From: Lepidodermella squamata
Lineage: Eukaryota; Animalia; Gastrotricha
Length of the DNA stretch: 64,000 nt
Direction of reading: 5' to 3'
Assembly: GCA_047495785.1 (NCBI GenBank)
Contig: JBLDXI010000031.1
Span: forward strand, 1,674,001-1,738,000
Shown here: positions 25,249 through 36,918 of the stretch, in pieces
Layout of the letters: each line of letters opens with the position of its first letter
Numbering within the stretch: the first letter of the stretch is position 1
Made by a program: the position numbers and the translations under genes
The notes under the pieces: model-generated
What the model was told of the DNA's origin: nothing
Seen by the model: only the letters and a program-made list of their open reading frames with translations
The model's database searches: none

Positions 25249-26953
25249 TTAAGGCAGGCGAAGTACTGCTGGTGGGCCGGTCGGCGATTCGGGCGCGAAG
25301 GGTGCCACTTGCTGTCCACCAGGGTGCACAATCACGGTCTGAAAAAAAATTGAATTTTATTCATCATGAAAGGAAAGGAAAGGAAAGGAAAGGAAAGGAA
25401 AGGAAAGGAAAGGAAAGGAAAGGAAAGGAAAGGGGAACTAGCTATGTTATACGTTATATACCTTATAGCTTCCGTTCGGAATCGCTGGAGGTGGTGGTGG
25501 TGGTCCTCCGTTTCCTCCGTTTCCATTAGAGGCGCTACTGCTACCCAAGGGCGGGTAATAGGCGTAACAAGTCGGCAGCGGGAGACCATCGGGGCCAATA
25601 GGGCACGGAGCATCCAAACCAGGCGCACCCTGCTCACCTTTGAAACCGCGTCGACCGCGACCGCCTTTGTCGCCCTTCTCGCCCCGAGGCCCAGGGCGCC
25701 CATCAAGGCCCCCGTCACCCTTTTCGCCTTTTTGACCCGGAGGTCCCGTCGGGCCTGGGATACATATTGAGCTGTTGATGTTCTGCATGACTTGATTTTT
25801 GACGCGGTAAGTTATGTCTTCGACAAGTCGCTGATCCGTTGTCTGGGTGACTGAGGGCCCCGGAGCACCCGGTAACCCAGGATCGCCTCGATCACCCTTT
25901 TCGCCGGGTGGGCCTTGTAATTGTGTTAAGAGGGACGGTCTAGATCGTAGTGTAGCTTCGACATCGCAGCAATCTTTACCCATGTCACCCTTAGGGCCCC
26001 GGTCACCCCTCGGGCCCGGCTCACCCGGTTCACCCTTTTGACCCGGAGGTCCAGCAAGCTCGGTAATGAAACTCGGAAGGATCGGCCGATTGCCCTTTTC
26101 ACCCTTCTCACCGCGGTCACCCTTCGGCCCGGGTAACCCTACACATTGACACTGACCGGATGCTCCGGGCCCAGGGAGCCCGGGCGTCGATAGCTGGCCC
26201 GATGCGAATCGAAATAAATTATTATTATGGCTAGTAGGCTCGGCGAGTTTTCGCAGCTTTCGAATGTGGCGAGTGGGCTTACGGCTGAGTTTGCCGAAAA
26301 CATCGGGAGACAGCGCCTCATCGACAATCGCGCGACGTTCCCGTCTCAGTTTGACATAAGAGTCACGGATGGGTTGCATGGGCTGGGCCTGAAGAGATTT
26401 GGTGATCGCTCGAAGCTAAAAATAAAAAAATAAAAATTTAATTAATTTCAAAATGTAATAAAATAAAAAAATTGAAATTTAATTTATTTTCTTTCCATTT
26501 AAAATTTAAAAAAAAAATCAGAATTTGAAATTCTAAATTTTCTGAAATTTTCAAAATAAAATCTAAAAAAATTACATCGCTGACATGTCGCGACAGTTCG
26601 GCAATACGTATGCTCTGGTAATAAGTCGCCAGTAGCAGGAGGATGGTGCACAGCAGCGTTGACAGGAGCGTCAACCAGGACAGCGACAAACGCGTTGCCA
26701 GGCCCAGTGTGTCAGGCTGAGGCTGAGGATGCGGCTGAAGCGGTAGAGCGACCGCATTATTGCTCGGCGCCTGTTTGCGGCCCGCCAGGCCGTGCGACGA
26801 CTGGCTGCGAGGAGGGCCCGCGGTGGCGCTGGGTATTTCTTCGGAGTGGTGGGAATGCGACAGTGTTTCGTGGTCTTCATTTGCGCTGGCGAGCACGAAC
26901 GGGTAGTGGTGGCTGTTGCTGTTGCACGTTACAGCCGATCGGCCGCGGGTCAT
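25249..26953 (-). CDS. Type II transmembrane collagen (MACIT; collagen XIII/XXIII/XXV, col-99-like). Exons: 26953-26576, 26415-25462, 25338-25249
   Basis: Cytoplasmic N-terminus, TM helix (WLTLLSTLLCTILLLLATYY), furin-type site LRRERR, short interrupted Gly-X-Y blocks, and the MACIT-type C-terminal motif GLDAPCPIGPDGLPLPTC. The last exon is tentative; without that intron the ORF stops at 25447. Confidence 0.85.
25368..25432 (+). repeat. (GAAAG)13 microsatellite
   Basis: Perfect pentanucleotide repeat read directly. Confidence 0.97.
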
Positions 26954-27830
26954 TGCAGCAGATACGGGCACAAATCAAGCAAACATCAAGCCATCAGACA
27001 ATATCGTCTAGATAGTTCGAGCAAATTAAGGCAAAATAGAAATTGATTGACAAAAAGAATAATGACATTTTGATCCTGGGCCACCTATAATTATTGAATA
27101 AAAAGTAAAGCTCGCCAAAATTCAGCAGGTTTTACGGCTACAAGTTGAGAAGTTGTGGTTAAAAATTGGTTTCGAGTCGATTCAAAGTCTAGTAATTTCA
27201 TAAAGATGGTGAATTATGCGAACAGGAAAAGCTCAAGTCGTAAAAAATTGCTAAAATTGCTAAAAAAAGGCTGAAAAATTCGAAAAATTTGAACAATAGT
27301 AAGAAAGGTTCCAGCGCTATAAAATTACCCGTGCTGGAAATCTATCATGTTTTATCCCCATTTTTTAGCAACATGCCCAAATCTTACATGGAATATTTTG
27401 CGCTATTCGCGGTCAGCTAACGATTTATACCTAGGCCAATATCGATTTCCAGTATCGATTCTACAAAAAGTGATTTTACTTCATAATGATTTCAGGAAGA
27501 CAGTTTTGAATTACTGTTTACAACTATGTACCAGAAAATATTTTAGGTACATCACCGTCGATCGGGAGAAGGTAATCGAAATGGAAAAAGCGCAAAATAA
27601 AAGCGAATTCGCGAAAGGTTTCTTAGTGTCCTTTGATAATTTCTAGGTGAAATCAAGCACCAAAAAATGCAAAAAAGTTGTTGTGGACATTTTAAACGTG
27701 TTGTTAGCGCCATGGCGCCTTGAATTTTCACTGCAAAATTTTAAAATTGAAACGACAAAAAAACGAAATGAAAGAATGAATTGCAACCCATGTTACTTGG
27801 AATTGATTTTAAAAATGAGCTGCTATAATA

Positions 27831-28307
27831 CAGTGAAAGTTGTTTAAACCGGACCGGTCTAAACCGGACGATTTCGGGTGGCTCGATCCGAAAGTGTGGA
27901 CTTCACATTATAATTTTATAGTCTAAACCGGACTCTCTAAACCGGACTGGTGTATAAACCGGACGGATTTGGGGCTCGAAGTCCGGTTTATGCAATAAAA
28001 AGTCCAATTTTCTATATAATTTTGAAGAAAGTGCCAGCCCCTGCCTGACAAGAGTAGCCTCAAAATTTCGAAAAAAATTTAACTTCAAAATTATTGCGAA
28101 TATAGCTGAATATGCTGATTATTTATATTAAAATTGTCGATTCCGTACTCAAAAACTATTACTTAGCTTCTAATACTTAAAAATTCCATGAATTTCACGT
28201 GGTATTTCCTATACCGGACTCGGTCCGGTTTAAAATAATTCGGACTTTCTCTAAACCGGACGATTTTGCCTGGCACGACCTTAGTCCGGTTTAGACAACT
28301 TTCACTG
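27831..28307. mobile_element. Tc1/mariner (pogo/Tigger-like) MITE, 477 bp
   Basis: 24-bp TIRs cagtgaaagttgt(t/c)taaaccggac with one mismatch, TA flanks, and repeated internal aaaccggac motifs. Confidence 0.88.
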
Positions 28308-29182
28308 TAATATGTTCGCAACATTTTTTACCGCGCCAAACACATTCCCTCGGCCTATCTTAACCTATCCTATAACCTATTACTCACGCTAAAAAGTTGA
28401 ACAAAACCGCAGTTTTGAGACATGGATCTGTTCTCAGCTGCGAAGGAGGGGTTGAACGAAATATTTGCGAATTAATAAACCAAAAATCTGTTTGAATACC
28501 CAATAAATTGCATAAAAATTCAAATATTTCGCATAACAATGTGCTAAAATAAAAATTGCAACAATCATAATACTTCTGGGTAGTAATTTTCTACTAAATA
28601 AAGTAAACATAATCGAAGCACAGGTGGAGTGGAAGTACCTACCGCCTGAAAGAATAAAACTGCGCCAGATTAGGGCGGAAAATGGACAAAACGCGCAAAA
28701 CGGCGGAAATGGCAGCGGCCGAAAGTCGCCGAGCGCGATAACAAGAAACCTGCGCTTTCTTTATATTCAACGTGAATAAACGCGCCGGGCCCTATTAAGG
28801 CCGTGTTCGCCGACTTGTTGATCGATTCGTCGCAAATGCAGTCACGCAGTTGCCATTAAGGCAGTTGCAACCGGCTATTACTTGTACTTGTATACTACTA
28901 CTACACAGCCAGCAACTAACCAACAACTCGCGTGTCTTTTCCTCTTCAGCCTGCATATAACTAACCTGAGGACGAGAAATCACGGCTCGTTTCCGCGCAT
29001 TTATTTACATGAAATTTACTTGCTGCGCCGTGCCTGCATTTTCACCTCTTGTATTATATTTGCCATCAACGTCGTTTTATTATTGCGATTTTCGTAAAAA
29101 TATAGCAACATTTATTTCACTCGAGTTTGTATCCAACCAATAATAATATTTTGGCAATAATAAAAATGTGCGTCGCGGTCGG

Positions 29183-32100
29183 TCACCAGCCGGCCGAGTC
29201 TGAACTGCCGCCGATTTGTACGCTCATCGTCTGATCGAAAGAGAAAAAAACAAACATGAAAAAATATCGGAAAAATCGAGTCGAATTTTTGACAAACCGC
29301 AGAACAGAAGGGACATTCGCCGCTCCACGTTTTGAAAGACTGTCGCGTGTTAGGCAACGAACGGAACCACTATAAACAGGGCAAACAAAATTCGAAAATT
29401 TAAATTCATGCATCAATATTGAATAAAAAATATGGCAATAATGGCTGATAATTTCAGATTTTTCAAAAATACAACGTTCGATTGGCTTTTCGAATCGAAA
29501 TTCGCCAATGTCAGAATTATACTGATTTTTCAAACGGCAGAAATTAGAGAGATATTAATAATTTTGAAGGGGAAGGGGGGGGGGGAGCTTGGCACACTGA
29601 TCAAAAAAATTCAGTAACGTTTCGATTTCAATTTTGAAAGGCTTCAATTTCAAAATTTCGCCTGGGATTAAGTAAAAAACGTTTTCTTGTACAATTTCGA
29701 GGACCTCGGGATTATTTTCAAGAAATTGAATTTTTCAGAAAAATCGCGCAAATTTTTAAAAATGTTGAAAAATTTCATTTTCAGTTTTTGTCTTGTTTTT
29801 TTCAAGATCGTAACAACCAACTCACTTCGATAAGGCAGTCGCGGTGGAAAAGCCGGCAGCACCTGTCGTTGGGGCAGACGACATCTGGGAATACAACCAC
29901 TACTGGCTGCTTTGTATCAGCCTTGTCTTGGCCACCAGGCAGCAAATTCGGAGCGTCGACGGCGAGCTGCGCGGCGTAGCAGATCTGGCACTCGTTGGCG
30001 ATTTTCTGGTCGAAGGCGCGCGGCATCGGCAGCTGGCCGACGTCGAGGATGCGCTCGAGGTTGTCCAGCAGCCGGTCGGCCACGTCCCACAGAAACACGC
30101 GCTCGTTTATGCTGCCGAAAATTCGCTTTCTTTCTACAGAAAAAAATGTGAAAAAACTATATTCAGCTCCTCAAATGGCATAATGTATTGTCGCCCGTAA
30201 ATTCCCGCAAATTGCTATTTGTGTTCACTTTTTTCGGAAAAATCTTGAGCGAAATTCGACATTTTAGTAATTGTTTGCTCAACATTGTTTACGCTCTCAG
30301 CGGTCAAAATGAAACAGGAACTAATGGCTTTGGTAGAGGCTCGCCTCAAGAGTTGAAAACCTTGAGCTGGACAAAGTTAACAAACTCGCGATTGATTGTG
30401 CCACCGATCAACAACGATGACGATTTGACGCATCTAGATTTATCTGAGTTTCAACTCGCAACCGATTCGCTTAAAAAATATATTTCCAACTAGCGAATAT
30501 GCTCGAACTAATAACTTCGATACCGCGGATCTCTGCGGTTGTACGATATCAATGGTACGTCTTTCAATTTATGGAAATTTTGAACTTTTCTATTTTCTTT
30601 GTATTCATGAAATTTAAATTTATTCATTCATCTCTTAGGAATAACTTCCCTCAAGAGGGCGGCACGCAGCAGCAGAGGAAAATTGCCCTAGCAAACTTCT
30701 ATGATACCCATCTCGTTCATCACCCCGCGCTCCCAGGCGTTGTCCAGGTCACTGATGGTCGCAGTAATCCATGGGTGAGTAATAATAACAATTTCGATAA
30801 AATTAAAAAAGACTCATTCAAAGACACGGGCGATTTTTCAATTAATTTAGAATAATTTCTTTTCAAATTGAAATATTTTCGAATTTTTTTCCCCTCTCCA
30901 GTCCAAAATATTCAAGAGTCTGTCAACTACAGCTCGAAAGCGGAAGTCACACGGCTTTGGCGAGCGGCGACAGCAACAACCTGAAACCCCGACTCAGCGA
31001 GCTGTCGGCCCAGCTGAACGACCGCCCAGCGTCAACCTCGAACAAAACCCGGCCAGCCAATCCTCCCGCCAATTCTACCGACAGATTTGGAGACCGTTCC
31101 TGTTCCTCCCCAGGCCGAGCCTGTCCTAAATGCAGCTGAACAAGGCCAGACCGAGCCTGAGCCGGCTTCGGATGAACAAGAACGTTATCACGACGACGAT
31201 GCCAAGCTGCCATCGCTCGAAGTCCAGACCAATGCCAGGCCAGAGTCGCGATTATTCGAATCGACCATCGAAAGCGAGGCCGGAAGAGCGAAGGGCAGCG
31301 TGGCGAAACCCGGCAAAGAAAATAACAATAAAAACGAAATGTTAGATATTCTCGCTTTTGAAATTTTTATTTTCCTGTTCTGATTAATTAGTTCCGAGAA
31401 TGTGCATCGAAACGCCAATGAATCAGCCTAAATTCGCCACCACCGAAGTAATTCGACTAATCCACGAACTGGTCCAGTGATATTGTTCCGATATTCAGTG
31501 CAAAAATCAGCCTAAACCACCAGCACAAACACCAATCGAAGCACGACCGGAGACAACGAAACACGTTGAATCAAATTCGGAAAAAATAGAAGCAGTAACA
31601 TTGAGAATTGAGACTTTCACTATTAAATACTGAACAACTGCTGGAACTTGATGCATTTTCTGTTGCATCAGTGGCAACACGTTTCACAACCTGTCGCGAC
31701 AGTTGATCGAAAAAATTACGCCCGCCAGTTGCTGAGGTGGATCAGGCTGATAACGCGACTAATATACCTGAGCCGATCGCACCCAAGTTCGACCACCTGA
31801 GAGGACTTTATTATTACTGATTCGAACAAGGCTATCCCCCCAACCAGACGTTTACCGCTAATAGTAAGAATAGTAACTATTAGTAGCTAATAGTAAGTGT
31901 CATGCAAAAGTGTCAACAAACTGACAAACTGAAAAATTTCGTTTCTTCAACACTGAGGTGATCAGTCGAATTTTGAGAAGCTTTCGTAACATTTGGGCTC
32001 GTTCCACGATTCAACATTGTAATGATGAAATTCGCAGAGTTCGGAAATCTAGTCTCCCGCCCGCTCTATCCTCGTTATACAATTGATGGGTTCAGCGTGT

Positions 32101-33930
32101 CCCGAAGTTGCGCAACTATTTTTTAATTTGCCAGCTTTTTGTAGGAAATTAAACCAATTTTTTAAATTGAACATACTGAGTGAATATTCCAGCTTTTATC
32201 TGCGATTCAACCGAAGAAATAGCAAATTTACCGGAGAAAACCCCAATGGTAAGTGGTTCGGTAATTTTGGTATTTTACCTGGCTGGGCCAAATAAATATT
32301 AAATATTATGATTTTTTTCTATTTTTCTCCACTTTCAATCTGTTTTTTTGCGTTCATTTTGCCGAAATTGGAGAATAAATTAGCTTTTTTTTTACGGTAT
32401 GGCTATTGGCACATAATTATGTGCCTCTTATTGGCTATTGGCACATAACATTTTTCATTTAACTGCTTTTTTCGGGAGTTTAATTCCCAGATACCAGCAT
32501 TTCAACCTTGCATTAGCAATCTAGGGGCGGCGAATTCACTGGAATCGTCGGATTTCACGTAACTATGCGATAGACTTCAGATACTCTACTTGGGCTACCC
32601 ATTGGATGACGGATACCCCGATTTGCGGGCCCATGACTGCAATTTCGATATCGCCATTCGATTCCCCGTTGACGAAAATTCTAATATCAATACTCGTGGA
32701 ACATTTCGATGCTTGACTTTCTAAAACATCGAAAATTGAAATTAGCGTTATGTGCCAATAGCCAATAAGAGGCACATAATTATGTGCCAATAGCAACACC
32801 CTTTTTTTTTAATTTTCTCCCAACACATAACACATCACTGTACTTGAAATAACTAAATTCAAGTGATCGCAATTTTACCTTCATCTGGTCCTATCACACT
32901 GCAAACAGGAAACGACCTCGGATTCAGCGGATCGACTTTGATTTGAAGCGAGGTGAAAGGCGCTGTAGAATATAGCGAAAACACCGTTTTAAGCACACAC
33001 TCAACTCGAGGAAAATCGGTTATTACTGAGCACGATGCGGCGATACGTTGCCGATCGATCGGTAACCGGCGGCGCTGGTTCGACGACCCAGCAACTCGCA
33101 TCGAGCGTGTCCATTTCGTCCCAAAACGGCTCGAATTGCGACAACTGCGAGCAAAACAGCGCGTAGATGGCATCTAGCGGCATGCGTTTCAGCCTCGCCA
33201 AGTCCGAAAAAGCGTCCAATTTCGATGGCAGTTGAGGTTTCACGCTTTCGACGCCGTTTTCCGACAGGCTCAACTGCAATAGGTGGGATCGATTTTGAGA
33301 ATCGAATGCTGTTAACTTCAATTCTTGACAATTCGCGCCAATAAACTCGATGCTGAAAATTACGAAAAAAACGTGTGAACATTTTAAAAAAAATTGTCAT
33401 TCAAAGCGATTTTTAGAAATGCAAAATATTAAATGTTCTCGAGACTTCTGGTCGGATAATAACTTAACATTTCAAAATTTTCACGGCTATTTCCTAAACT
33501 CTAACACCGCGTACAATTTCGAGTCGATTTTGTCTAGCGAGTCCAAAATGGATCGAATGCCGCCCGAATTCGATTGTTGCAAATTCGACTGCTGAGCTCG
33601 TTTGCACTTCGAACATTTTCGATCGACCAGTGATTTCAAGTCATATAGAAAGTCTTCTAAAGACGACGAATCTTCGAGTAAGCCAAACACCTCATCTTTA
33701 CAGCCATCAAGCAATTGATCTAGGGGTTGATCGCATTTTACGTCGATCGTTGTTTTAAAATCCCGCCATGTTGGCCATTGAATAGAGATAGCGAACTCTT
33801 GGCCGCATTGAGCAACAATGAACCCGCTGAACTTCAACAAAATGCCTCGATTTGTTCGAATTATTTCAGGAATCAAGCACGGCATCAGCATGAGGTATTT
33901 ATCAAGATTTTTCACGTAACTCTCTATCAT
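29183..33930 (-). CDS. FANCL: Fanconi anemia group L E3 ubiquitin ligase (ELF, RWD-like and RING domains), about 6-7 exons
   Basis: Segments resemble FANCL: FWDEMDTLDASCWVVEP...YRRIVL, IKVDPLNPRSFPVC, LWD...LLDNLERIL, and the RING CQICY...VCPNDRCCRLFHRDCLIEWFRSLPNTRQSFKTWSGECPFCS. They join by in-phase GT..AG introns, the longest being about 32878-30134. Confidence 0.9.
30301..31383 (+). pseudogene. Frameshifted multi-exon gene remnant, antisense within the FANCL long intron
   Basis: Coding-like blocks at about 30301-30554, 30639-30774 and 30902-31383 have good GT..AG junctions (tg|gtacgt, tgg|gtgagt) but need several frameshifts. No recognisable family. Confidence 0.45.
32395..32801. mobile_element. 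MITE with about 55-bp TIRs and a 10-bp TSD (Mutator-like)
   Basis: TIR core gctattggcacataattatgtgcctcttattggctattggcacataac at both ends, flanked by the direct repeat ttttttttta (32385-32394, 32802-32811). The right terminus reads gggtgt on the minus strand, like the autonomous MULE. Confidence 0.82.
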
Positions 33931-34072
33931 TTTGCCCAACTAGAAGAAAACACAAGTTTTAAAACCAATTTATTTTGAAAAATGAGGTGCTGAGTTAGAA
34001 CGTGAGCAATAAATTACAGTAAAAACTGTGCACAACCGGCTTCGAAAATAACAAACGCAACAATTATTACGA

Positions 34073-34951
34073 CTAGATCAAACGATTGAAACAGCTAGAA
34101 ATTAAGGGAATAATCATCGAAAGAGCACTGCATGATGTGTAAACGGAATTGTGAAGCAACATCACGTTTCTAAGAGCGCAGACGTAACGATCGCCACATG
34201 ACGTGCAAATGTACGGCGATTTGCAGTAGACCGGCTTCGTCGGGTCGTATGAACACGCCTCGCCCTCATTAGCGAGTTCTTCCGAGTTCGAAATGCAGGC
34301 TGAGTGAAACTCGGCAGTGTTGTTAGATAGATAACGGACGCCTTTGAAGCCAGCAGCGCAGGTACAGGCGCTATTTACGCAAATTGTGTTCATCGTCTGT
34401 TGGCAATCGTCCATCGCCTTGCAAGAATCGCCGACTTCCCGAGGTGAGCACATGTAGTCGCCCATGGCTTTGAAACCGTTATAGCACCCGCAAATGTTGT
34501 TGATGCAAACTAACGAATAGTAGCACTGGGAGGTGTCGTAACACGATTCACCGGCAGTTTTAGTCATTAGGGTTGGGACGCAGTCAGTGCCTCTAAGACC
34601 GCGTTTGTAGCCATACACGCAGACGCATTTCTTCTGGTCGATAGAGCATTCAACGTTCTCTCCAACACATTTATCGAGCTTCGGATCGCATCCAGCGTCT
34701 AAATACACCGCTCTTCTGCACTGGGTTCCGAACTATAAGAAGGAATATTTATGTTATGATTCCATGAATCGATGCGAAGAACTCACCTGAGTAAAACCCG
34801 GTAGGCATGCACACACGCCTGCGCCACACGACGGGGTAACGACTTTACAGTATGCATTCGCTCCGTCGCATTCGTCGTTTTTCACGCACCTATCCATCAG
34901 ATTAGCACTAAGGGCGGTCGATAACAAGCTGGAAAGAATTAAAAGTAACAT
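34073..34951 (-). CDS. Secreted or GPI-anchored cysteine-rich repeat protein (EB-module-like). Exons: 34951-34787, 34732-34073
   Basis: Signal peptide MLLLILSSLLSTALSA, repeated C-x4/5-C...C-x4-C-x-C-xx-G-[FY] modules, hydrophobic C-terminus, and an in-phase 54-nt intron. Confidence 0.8.
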
Positions 34952-36918
34952 TTCTTCTAAACCTATGCAGAAAAAAAAATAAAAATTAATAGCAACTAGC
35001 TGAGCAAGAAATGGATGAAAAGGCGTGCAATTCCATGAGATTCCTGGTTCAATACATAAGCCATCAGCATCATAGACTGGTCGTTAATTAGCCTAGGCAA
35101 CTTCGATCCTTGTTGCGGCAATCGGAAAGATTAAACACAAACCATTGCTGTAACGTTTTAGGCTACCTATTCCCTTCAATTCATCAACCATTGTCAAAAA
35201 CCAGGATTCACAAACAGTAAGGTTCCAGTCCCATCCATTAGAAACTAGATGATCTATAACTTCTCGCATGCATCAGATTGCAGAATGCTAGAGGCTAGGT
35301 AAATGCAAGGAGTCTGACGTTAGCTTCGACATCTCAAACCAGGGAGAGACATTTGACATTTGTGCTGGGCACACGCTCGAAACTTGCGATTCGATGAGCC
35401 AACTCTGAAAACCTATTTCAAATTTTGGCGCGAAATAATTATAAATTCTGCTAATTCATTTAAAATAAGATTTTACCTCAAAATACAATATTTAAAAATT
35501 ATTAAACTTCAAAATAAAAGTGGTTTTTTGGCGCTAATATTTGACCGACTACGAGATTGACCGACTACGACACGCAAGCTACATGCGCACCAGTGCATTC
35601 TATGCTCAGCCGGTTAACACGTTATCGCCTTCACGATTCAAACCCGTTCCGTTACCCGTCTGAGATGTGTTTTTCACTCATGCATCAACTAGTTACATGC
35701 ATTTTGTTGCGTGACATGTCTACTAAATGGTTGCTTCAACTCCGCGAGATTGCAGATATTTTTTTATGTTTACAACATCTGTATCTTAGGCAATAAACTT
35801 CAATATAAGTATAATGGCTTCCTCGTGAGGTCATATTTTCATGAACCATCAAGTTACACGCCAGCTGTAGAATTCACGTTTTTCTAAGGTTGCCCAAAGG
35901 CCGAAGGTTGAACGCTTTAAGTGGTAGTGTTCTGCCGCGAGTTTGATCTCCGAATGCAACGCCTGTAATATCAGAGCAATGATAACTTCATTTTCATGTA
36001 TCGATTTTCGTTTCTTTGGAGTTTTTTGCCGATTTAGATTTAGCGTGAACAGCGTTAACGCCTGTTCTGACATCAGAACTGACAGCATGCAGCATGGTAC
36101 CTGGGAGGGTTTAAAACTTTATCTTAAAACCAAGTGTTGGATGTTTCCTAATGAAGGCTGCAATATGCGGCATTATTAAGAATCGGCCCAATGCTGTCTC
36201 CGCATGGAAAGATTTCATTGCCCACACTGCTTGGCTTGCATTACCACGATAGAGTTCGATAGAGAATCAAATGTCTCCTCATGTCGTCGAAATTTCCTTT
36301 CCAATGAAATTTCCTTTACAAATGAAAACATTATTTGATCTGTGATCTGCAGTCTTATCGCACGAAGTCCTTTTCTAGTATGAGCTGATACTAGTCACCT
36401 CGCTTAATATTTTCTTATTTTTCGAGTTGCGCCGGTTACCCTCAGTTGACTTTCCTCATAAAACGAATCTCGTATGGTTTGTCATATTTATGATGCCATA
36501 TTCTTTGCAACCGAAAACGGCAATAGAATCTTAGTTTTGAAGAAGCTTTTTGATTTTTTGATGATTTAATTTCAACTATTACAGTGACGAAGAAAAGTAA
36601 CCTTTAAATCGGTAAACGCATACTCGATTGACAACAACACACTGGCAATGTGCGTGTTTTGCTATTTGCGCATAGTATTCGACCTAGATAAATGAGACAT
36701 AGGTATTACGCTTTGTTGTAACTGTGAGCTGCGCATGTCTTTGAACTAGTTCACAACCCCTTGAATCTCTTTATTTCACACATTTCCGTTTCATATGAAA
36801 ATCGTCTGAAATGAGTGCATTTTTTCTTGTTTCTTCTCCCAAGTCGATGAAGCGTGTTGAAAATAACATCAGTTTTTATATATTGTCAGTTTAATTATTC
36901 AGATTTTATTCTGAGAAT

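Noticed and set aside
25191-25770. ORFs with ERKGK repeats
   Set aside because: They are translations of the (GAAAG)n microsatellite and the antisense of the MACIT gene.
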